Source: Syntrophorhabdus sp. (GTDB lineage Bacteria > Desulfobacterota > Syntrophorhabdia > Syntrophorhabdales > Syntrophorhabdaceae). Taken from it: 24,000 nucleotides of DNA. How positions within the stretch are numbered: the stretch's first letter is position 1; each line of letters opens with the position of its first letter. The notes under the pieces were generated by a model. The model worked only from the letters and a program-made list of their open reading frames with translations. It was not told the DNA's origin and searched no databases. A program made the translations under genes and the position numbers. The stretch covers positions 428,635 to 452,634 of the forward strand of contig JAXGNP010000002.1 of the NCBI GenBank assembly GCA_040767905.1. The letters are read 5' to 3'. Shown here in pieces: positions 17,414 to 24,000 of this stretch.

Positions 17414-17854
17414 TTATTTTAACTCTTCTAAATCTGTGAAGATATCTGAAAACTGATGGATGTCCTTCCTTATACCATCAATGGTCAACAAGGGATAATG
17501 ATTGCCGTCTCCCGTTTGTCCGGTCGTGATAGTAATTTCCTTTGACCCTTCACCTTGCTCGGCTAAAATGATGGCGCGAATGGCCATCGGCGATAATCCC
17601 TCAACGGGTTCATCATCGATGATTAATCCACAACCGCCCCCAAGAGCGACTTTTTGCAAATGCACCTTGTTATCCTCCCTGTCGATGTAAAGAGTTCCCT
17701 CTTTTCCAACAAGGCTAAAGCTACGGCCACAATGATTGGACTTGCATGTTATTGAAAATTCAATAGCATTTTCTGTGACGAGATAGTTCGTGGTAACGTC
17801 AGCCCCATCCTCGTTGTCACGCTGTGCATCAAATTTAGTAATTGAAATAACCAC
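17414..17854 (-). CDS. Conserved-looking hypothetical protein (no family recognised)
   Basis: 146-aa ORF, GTG start preceded by ggaggttt on the minus strand; NHCGRSFSLVGKEGTLYIDREDNKVHLQKVALGGGCGLIIDDEPVEGLS. Convergent with paralogue 3. Confidence 0.6.
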   Translation of the reverse strand: MVISITKFDAQRDNEDGADVTTNYLVTENAIEFSITCKSNHCGRSFSLVGKEGTLYIDREDNKVHLQKVALGGGCGLIIDDEPVEGLSPMAIRAIILAEQGEGSKEITITTGQTGDGNHYPLLTIDGIRKDIHQFSDIFTDLEELK

Positions 17855-18122
17855 TCTAAACCTCCATCAAGCGTGCGTAAATAGGTAAAGTAGTAGCTTA
17901 CCATATTACACAGGATTCAGCTTGACAGTGCAAATTTTTTCTATATCAGTGTTTTTCTCGAAAATGACAGATCTGTCTCATCATCATGCATCAAATGTTT
18001 GATGATGATCGTGAACAAGGTATTCATTGACAAAAAAGGGATTTTATGGGCCCTGCGGGCTATCGGGCCGTGCTGTTTTGTTAGAGATGACCGTCGTAAA
18101 ACTTATGGACTGATGCTAAGGA

Positions 18123-18169
18123 AATAGCCGGGTTTGTCTGTTGGAACAGATGCAGCAAACCCGGCTATT
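18123..18169. terminator. Long inverted repeat / compound hairpin, probable terminator of the 18243-18821 gene
   Basis: AATAGCCGGGTTTG ... CAAACCCGGCTATT (14-bp perfect arms) enclosing an inner TCTGTT-gg-AACAGA stem. On the minus strand it is followed by TTTCC. Confidence 0.6.
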
Positions 18170-18242
18170 CAATCCTTTTACCTTGTGCCTCAAACATAAG
18201 TGGCACTATGCATACGTTTACAGGATATACGTTTCTCCAAAT

Positions 18243-18821
18243 TTATAGATCCGGTGGTGGCGGCGCCGGCAGTGTACATTTCAGGTCCTTTATTGAACCT
18301 TTGATAGTAGCCCCGATTCCCTCGAAGGGGTCGAAATCAGCTGTCAGGTAAGCTGCGAGGGTTTCAACCTTGCCAGACCAACCCTTTTTGCTCTCCTTGC
18401 CCGAGAAGTAAAAAAGTCCCTTAATAGGTTGTGTGCTGGCGTCAGGGTCACTCTCTGCTATAAAAGCCGTTGAGTCTCCTGCCACAAAATTCAACACCAG
18501 CGTACCGAATGCAGAGATTTCGCAGGCATCTTTTCCGGCTTCGTAAAGTGTTATCTCTATCACTCCCGTTGGAGCAAGTGGATCTCCAGCCTGCACAACA
18601 TTCATCACTGCCTGGAACTTTACAGAGCCACTCACCTTGTCGCTCGGTGGGCTGGCAGGGTCATCGAACTCGTATCCTTTCACCTTGGCGCTGAGCTGCC
18701 ATGGACTGTCCTGCCAAATGGTCAGACCGGCAGGGACTTGCGCCGCAGCGGTACCAGCATATACACCCATTATCAAAACCATTGCCAGAAAAACCTTTGC
18801 ACACATGCTGCCTGCTTTCAT
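18243..18821 (-). CDS. Secreted hypothetical protein
   Basis: MKAGSMCAKVFLAMVLIMGVYAGTAAAQVPAG signal peptide, beta-rich body, proline-rich C-terminal tail LPAPPPPDL. ATG 18821 with aggagg upstream. Confidence 0.7.
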   Translation of the reverse strand: MKAGSMCAKVFLAMVLIMGVYAGTAAAQVPAGLTIWQDSPWQLSAKVKGYEFDDPASPPSDKVSGSVKFQAVMNVVQAGDPLAPTGVIEITLYEAGKDACEISAFGTLVLNFVAGDSTAFIAESDPDASTQPIKGLFYFSGKESKKGWSGKVETLAAYLTADFDPFEGIGATIKGSIKDLKCTLPAPPPPDL

Positions 18822-19165
18822 AAAGAACCTCCTTTTTTGCAAAATAAGGTCTCTGGCCACAGAGGCCTTTCAAACCGGTTTCTGATGGTTTGCGACCGTT
18901 TAGGTAGCATATAGGTCTCACAAACCATGTTCAAACTTTTTCACCTCCTTTTTGTAAGTCATTTTTTGAAAAAGCTTGTGTTACACCTTAATGCACCTTA
19001 AGCGCACTATTATCCTTAACTATTTTATCAAGTTCAAAGTAAGTATAGTCGCATGAAGAGAACTTGTAAAGCGTTTTTTGTTGCTGAAGAGCTTCCTCGG
19101 ATTTTTACAATCATTCGCCAAAAATGGTCAAAAGAAATAAGGCTTCTTTATAGCGATGGAAAAAG

Positions 19166-20224
19166 CTACTGTAAAACGCATCCTGCTATTTCCAGGCCTA
19201 CACCCTGAGTCGACGTACTTCCCCCCAGATCAGGGGTCCCCACCTTTCCACCTGAGAGCACATTCTCTATGGCATCCTCTATTGCCTTGGCCGCGTCTTT
19301 GTGACCGAGATGATCAAGCATCATGGCCCCTGACCATATCTGACCAATAGGGTTGGCAATGCCTTTTCCGGCAATGTCAGGCGCAGAGCCGTGAACAGGC
19401 TCAAACATGGATGGAAATTCGCGTTCCGGGTTCAGGTTGGCGGATGGGGCGATGCCGAGGCTTCCGGCAAGGGCAGGTGTCAGGTCGGAAAGGATATCGC
19501 CAAAAAGATTGCTTCCCACGAGGACGTCAAACTTTTCAGGATGGAGCACCAGGGCGGCTGTAAGTCCATCAATGTGGAACTGATTAGCATGCACTTCAGG
19601 ATATTCCTTTGAGATTTTCCGGAATATCTCATCCCAGTAAGGCATGGTATAGATAATTCCGTTTGACTTTGTCGCCGATGTAAGATGGCATTTAGGCCTT
19701 GTCATCGCCAGCTTAAAGGCAAACCGTATCACATTTTCAACACCTTTCCTGGTAAAGACAGATGTCTGAATTGCCATCTCCTGGTCAGTTCCTTCATACA
19801 GCCTGCCTCCAATGTTGGAATATTCCCCTTCGTTGTTTTCTCTCACGACACATAAATTGATATCATCCGGCATCTTGCCTTTAAGCGGACTTTGTATGCC
19901 TTTGAGAAGCCGCACGGGCCTCAAATTGATATACTGACGAAATGCCCTGCGGATTGGGATAAGCAATCCCCAGAGCGATATATGGTCCGGTACCCCGGGA
20001 TAGCCGACTGCGCCGAGGTAGATCGCATCGTAAGCTTTCAGTATTTTCAGACCATCAGCAGGCATCATCTCTCCGCTGGACAGATAGTGTTCACAACCCC
20101 ATGGAAAATAATTCCATTGAAATTGGATGCCAAACCGCTTTCCGGATGCTTCAAGGACACGGATGCCTTCCGGCACAACCTCTTTACCGATTCCGTCTCC
20201 CGGGATAACTGCGATCCTGTGCAT
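19166..20224 (-). CDS. Isocitrate/isopropylmalate dehydrogenase family, tartrate/D-malate dehydrogenase-like
   Basis: AVIPGDGIGKEVVPEG, VPDHISLWGLLIPIRRAFRQYINLRP, VVRENNEGEYSNIGG, GSNLFGDILSDL, FEPVHGSAPDIAGKGIANPIG. Confidence 0.85.
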   Translation of the reverse strand: MHRIAVIPGDGIGKEVVPEGIRVLEASGKRFGIQFQWNYFPWGCEHYLSSGEMMPADGLKILKAYDAIYLGAVGYPGVPDHISLWGLLIPIRRAFRQYINLRPVRLLKGIQSPLKGKMPDDINLCVVRENNEGEYSNIGGRLYEGTDQEMAIQTSVFTRKGVENVIRFAFKLAMTRPKCHLTSATKSNGIIYTMPYWDEIFRKISKEYPEVHANQFHIDGLTAALVLHPEKFDVLVGSNLFGDILSDLTPALAGSLGIAPSANLNPEREFPSMFEPVHGSAPDIAGKGIANPIGQIWSGAMMLDHLGHKDAAKAIEDAIENVLSGGKVGTPDLGGSTSTQGVGLEIAGCVLQ

Positions 20225-20505
20225 GGGTTGTCTGTACCTCCTTGGTTTTGTTATTACAGATAATATACTTTCTTGGTTTTTTCAAGCTTTGCACAAGAAT
20301 AAAAACTATTAAGAATATGTCTCATTTCGTAAGACACAGTGGCTGTGAGATAATCTGGGTCTTTTCGATGATGTATACATGGCTAAATTGTTTTCGTCTG
20401 ACACGGTTTTGTGATAGCATTAAAGGGGTAATGAAAACACCTTCTTAAGTTTTGCCTGTACTGATTTAGTTTTTATTGCATCAGAAAGTGGAGGATAATT
20501 CAGAT

Positions 20506-21708
20506 ATGCTGAAGAAAGTTGGTGCATTTGATCCCGTGCCGAAAGACGAGTTGCTCAGGAGGATTGAGAGTCTTCGACGGCTCATGGCGAGTTCCGGTAT
20601 TGATTTCGCATTGATCATACAGAATGTGGACAGTTATTATTTTGCTGGAACCATGCAAAAGGGCATGCTCGTATTGCCTCTTGACCAGGACCCCTTGATT
20701 TTTGTCGAGAAAGGCACTGAAAGGGCAGTCATGGAAACTCCCCTTGAACTTACATCCATTAAAAACGACAAAGAAATAAGGAAGATTCTCGGCGATAAAC
20801 ATATCCTCAAAGGTACAGCAGGTCTTGAGCTCGATGTAGTACCTGTTTCTGTATTCGAAAGATTGAAGCGAGTTATTGGTTTTGACAGGTATAAAGATGT
20901 CTCTGCAATGATCAGGGAAGTGAGGATCACCAAGAGCCCTTTTGAGCTTGTCCAGATACGCAAATCAGGAGAGATGCTTTCTCATGTATTTGAAAAGGCT
21001 CACAGTGAAGTACAGGAAGGAAAAACCGAACTGGAGATTGAAGCAGCTCTTGTTGCCGAAGGCAGGCGGATAGGCCATCAGGGTTATCTGAGAATGCGAG
21101 GACTTAACCAGGAAATGATGGTATCAACGGTCCAGGCTGGATACACCGGCGCCATCAGCACTACGGTTGATGGACCCATAACCGGAGCAGGAGTGACGCC
21201 TGCCTTGCCGCAGGGGTCGTCGTTTAAAAGAGTTGAGCGAGGGGTCCCGGTGACCATTGATTACGGAGGAGCGTACAACGGATATATTACGGATGAGACG
21301 AGAAGCTTTGTAGTTGGTGAACTTCAGGATGTTTTTCGAAGGTCTTATGAGGCAGCACGGTCGATAATTGAAGATGTAATGACCTATGGTAAGGCAGGAA
21401 TAGATTGTACTGAAATATTTTCACGGGCCTATGGGATAGTGAAGAAGCAAGGCCTGGAAGAGTATTTTCTGGGTCACGGGGATGGTAAGGTTGCATTTGT
21501 CGGCCATGGTCTTGGCCTCGAGATAAATGAATTGCCCGTTATTACTTCACGACATAGCAGAATTCTTCAGGAAGGGATGGTCTTCGCCTTTGAGCCGAAG
21601 TTTGTGCTTCCACCCTATGGAGCCATAGGGATCGAGGTCGACTTTATCGTGCGCACAAATGGTCTTGAGCGGGTAACCGCAAATTCCATCGAAATAGTGC
21701 AGATTTAG
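20506..21708 (+). CDS. M24-family metallopeptidase (Xaa-Pro aminopeptidase-like)
   Basis: Creatinase N-like domain (LRRLMASSGIDFALIIQNVDSYYFAGTMQKGMLV) plus VTIDYGGAYNGYITDETRSF, FVGHGLGLEINELP, LQEGMVFAFEPKFVLPPYGAIGIEVDFIV. ATG 20506 with gtggagg RBS. Confidence 0.87.
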   Translation: MLKKVGAFDPVPKDELLRRIESLRRLMASSGIDFALIIQNVDSYYFAGTMQKGMLVLPLDQDPLIFVEKGTERAVMETPLELTSIKNDKEIRKILGDKHILKGTAGLELDVVPVSVFERLKRVIGFDRYKDVSAMIREVRITKSPFELVQIRKSGEMLSHVFEKAHSEVQEGKTELEIEAALVAEGRRIGHQGYLRMRGLNQEMMVSTVQAGYTGAISTTVDGPITGAGVTPALPQGSSFKRVERGVPVTIDYGGAYNGYITDETRSFVVGELQDVFRRSYEAARSIIEDVMTYGKAGIDCTEIFSRAYGIVKKQGLEEYFLGHGDGKVAFVGHGLGLEINELPVITSRHSRILQEGMVFAFEPKFVLPPYGAIGIEVDFIVRTNGLERVTANSIEIVQI

Positions 21709-21810
21709 TTTTCCGCTGCTACATTTTTTTAAAACGATACAATTTCTTTCTAAAAAAGCTAAATAAATTATGTGTATTTTTCGATAATTACTATGTATCG
21801 TTGAAAGCGA

Positions 21811-22401
21811 GTGCAGATTGGGGCTGTTACTTTCGTGAAAAGAAGAAGCAGGCCGATGGTCATGGCAAAATATGGCCAACAATTAAAGGGCGTGACGTTG
21901 CGAAAGATTTCTTGGAGAAATACGACAATACGTAAACAGAATAGCAGTAAGATGCAGGATAAGATCGTACTGAAGGATAGTTTGACCGGGTTGTATAACG
22001 ATGGATGCTTCGATGAGTTTCTCAATCTTGAGAAAAGAAGATGCAAACGATCAGAAGATCCAGAGTTCTTAATGCTTGCCGATCTTTCCAAATTTACCGA
22101 TGTATCGGAACGAAAAAATATTGCCAAATCCATGATGGAAGTGTTTTCTGAGGTAACCCGTGATACAGATATAAAAGGATGGCATGTCGACGGTTTGGTC
22201 ATCGGCATCATATTTACCGAAATGGCTGGTAAAGAGGCGGATGCAAGGCTCATACTGAAACACATCGCCAATAAGTGTTTATGGAAGCTTGAGTCCAACC
22301 TGGGCAAAGAGAAGTCTTCCCGCATTCAAATAAGCTGGCAATCGCTCAAAGGCGAACGTATCTTCAAGATTCATAAAGTAAGTAGCTTCGGTGCTGAATA
22401 A
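21811..22401 (+). CDS. Degenerate GGDEF-domain protein
   Basis: LKDSLTGLYNDGCFDEFLNLEKRR is GGDEF-domain N-terminal signature; the catalytic GGDEF position reads HVDGLVIG. Start codon uncertain. Confidence 0.6.
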   Translation: MQIGAVTFVKRRSRPMVMAKYGQQLKGVTLRKISWRNTTIRKQNSSKMQDKIVLKDSLTGLYNDGCFDEFLNLEKRRCKRSEDPEFLMLADLSKFTDVSERKNIAKSMMEVFSEVTRDTDIKGWHVDGLVIGIIFTEMAGKEADARLILKHIANKCLWKLESNLGKEKSSRIQISWQSLKGERIFKIHKVSSFGAE

Positions 22402-22631
22402 TAGGCGCATTGCTCACGAGCTTTCATGCATCGGTTCGGATACGCTCTTACGCATTAACGTTCCGTGATTCTATTTTTGGGTTCTGCGATGTTTTCTCCC
22501 CTTGTCGACACTCTTATTCGCATCTTGAGCAGCCACCGCAAAATGCTTAAAAATTGTTAAGTAAAATTATACTGATTGCCTTACAAGCACAAAGGACAAT
22601 TTCTTAGCTCTTATTCCATTTACACGATTCT

Positions 22632-22714
22632 ATTGCCGGGGCTTGAGTCTACCTTCGCCAAAGCTTCGGAAGACAGGTTGCCGCCACCCACTTTGTGGGT
22701 ACCCGGCCGGCAAT
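22632..22714. repeat. Structured intergenic element bounded by inverted 8-mers
   Basis: ATTGCCGG (22632-22639) ... CCGGCAAT (22707-22714) enclosing semi-palindromic CTTCG-ccaaagctt-CGGAAG and hairpin CCCAC-ttt-GTGGG. Confidence 0.35.
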
Positions 22715-23019
22715 GCCGTCAGAGACTTCCCCTTATGTTAGCTTTGCTAGCGCAGAGATTCCCAGGAAGAGCGTAAGCCACACAGAGGACCATGATTTTT
22801 AAGCGTGAGTGAAATGCGTTTATTATTCGCGCTATTAAAATATTTAAAACACAACAGAATTACAGTAGACTATTGAATGGCTGGTGCGTGAAGTGTTAAC
22901 GACGTTGAGGGGTAACCGCAAAATTCTTTGAAAAGTACCTGGATTTTGAGCTGCTCTGAAAGTACACTTAAAAGTGAGTACTCCTCGATGAAATTAAATA
23001 TGGAAAAGGAGGCGTTACA

Positions 23020-23493
23020 ATGAGCGAATCTATTTTAAACGGCAAAAAGATCCTTGCCGTCGATGACGAACCGGATGTGCTAACGGTGCTGGAGGAAGAG
23101 ATTATGGATGCCTGCCCTAATTGCACACTTGACAAGGCAACCACCTATGAAAGCGCAGTGAAATTTCTGGAATCCAAGCCGTATGACGTTGTTATTCTTG
23201 ATATTATGGGTGTCCGCGGCTTCGATCTTCTCGAACTTTCAGTGAAAAAAGGTCTGAAAGTGGCCATGCTGACTGCCCATGCGCTGAACCCTGAAGCGCT
23301 CAACAAGTCGATCGAAATGAAAGCACGAGCCTATTTGCCAAAGGAAAAGCTGGGCGAAGTTGTCCCATTTTTGGAAGACATACTGACATATGACTACGAA
23401 TCTGGGTGGAAGCGTCTTATGGATAAATTGTATGGTTTTTTTAAAGATAAATTCAAAGATGACTGGGAAGTAAAAACATGGATAGAAAAATAA
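23020..23493 (+). CDS. Response regulator receiver protein with short C-terminal extension
   Basis: KKILAVDDEPDVLTVLEEEI, DVVILDIMGVRGFDLLELS, VAMLTAHALNPEAL. ggaggcg before ATG 23020. Confidence 0.85.
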   Translation: MSESILNGKKILAVDDEPDVLTVLEEEIMDACPNCTLDKATTYESAVKFLESKPYDVVILDIMGVRGFDLLELSVKKGLKVAMLTAHALNPEALNKSIEMKARAYLPKEKLGEVVPFLEDILTYDYESGWKRLMDKLYGFFKDKFKDDWEVKTWIEK

Positions 23494-23766
23494 GCCTATT
23501 TTTGATATAAAGACAAAAACTTTTTAGGACTATAGGGTTAATGCTGATAAACAGGGCAGAAAATTGCCACTTAATGCTATAAAACTGTCCCTATTGAGTT
23601 TTTAGTGATACCAATTCTCAATACCAAAATCTAAGATACAATCGATAGAGTAAGACCTTCAGTTGTACTATGCGCCAACACACTTCTTTATTGTTGACAA
23701 CAACTTCTGCCGATACTACTCTTTGCAAGATTAAAGAATATATCTCATGGTATGAAAGGATGGGAA

Positions 23767-24000
23767 ATGAAGCTGGCAGAATTTCTTTCAAACAATAAAA
23801 AAACGATATTACTCGATGGAGCAATGGGAACTGAATTGGCAAAAGCCAGTTTACACATGGGCGGTGAAACAAATATCATCCATCCCGACGCGGTGTTGTC
23901 CATTCATCGACAGTACGCAGATTGTGGAGTCGATATGATCATCACAAACACGCTGACAATGAACCGGATTAATGTTGAATCGCACAATATTGATGTGGAT
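23767..24000 (+). CDS. Homocysteine S-methyltransferase-domain protein (truncated by window edge)
   Basis: Read directly: MKLAEFLSNNKKTILLDGAMGTELAKASLHMGGETNIIHPDAVLSIHRQYADCGVDMIITNTLTMNRINVESHNIDVD. Confidence 0.78.
   Translation, partial: MKLAEFLSNNKKTILLDGAMGTELAKASLHMGGETNIIHPDAVLSIHRQYADCGVDMIITNTLTMNRINVESHNIDVD

Noticed and set aside
19391-20263. Plus-strand ORFs opposite the dehydrogenase gene.
   Set aside because: Antisense shadows, including antisense of conserved motifs, with no independent evidence.
1-24000. CRISPR arrays, rRNA, tRNA (including selC), transposases, phage or toxin-antitoxin modules.
   Set aside because: No regularly spaced repeats, no tRNA-like T-loop/anticodon arrangement and no transposase or integrase motifs recognised by eye. 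selA and selC must be outside the window if present; tRNAscan-SE/Secmarker on the full genome is needed.

Overview
The window has three parts. (1) Left edge: a two-component pair (PhoB/PhoR-like, kinase truncated by the window), an EpsC-type serine acetyltransferase, a PC4/p15-like protein, a glutaredoxin-like protein and an NADPH-dependent FMN reductase. (2) Centre, about 3.9-17.4 kb: a large co-directional array. It holds a double-cubane/HgdB-type (2-hydroxyacyl-CoA dehydratase family) reductase, its ATPase activator (frame disrupted), a second HgdB-type protein, a NitT/TauT-type ABC transporter, selB, a TusA/YedF-N-like protein, a YedE-type putative selenium transporter, a second TusA-like protein, a DUF3343-like protein, a sugar-kinase/NAD(P)HX-dehydratase-like protein, selD and a third HgdB-type protein. 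Most junctions overlap or nearly abut. (3) Right part: an orphan small protein, a secreted proline-tailed protein, a tartrate/D-malate/isopropylmalate dehydrogenase family protein, an M24 peptidase, a degenerate GGDEF protein, a response regulator and the start of a homocysteine S-methyltransferase. The clearest hidden feature is that selD is itself a selenoprotein gene. Its true start is about 15070, with an in-frame UGA at 15121-15123 in the motif GAG-U-ASKLGPGDL and a 7-bp stem-loop directly downstream that looks like a bacterial SECIS; the ORF track truncates the gene at 15178. The most novel hypothesis is that three HgdB/double-cubane paralogues and a NitT/TauT-like ABC transporter belong to a selenium (or chalcogen) metabolism module. 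A terminator-like hairpin in the 5' leader of the first reductase is also notable.
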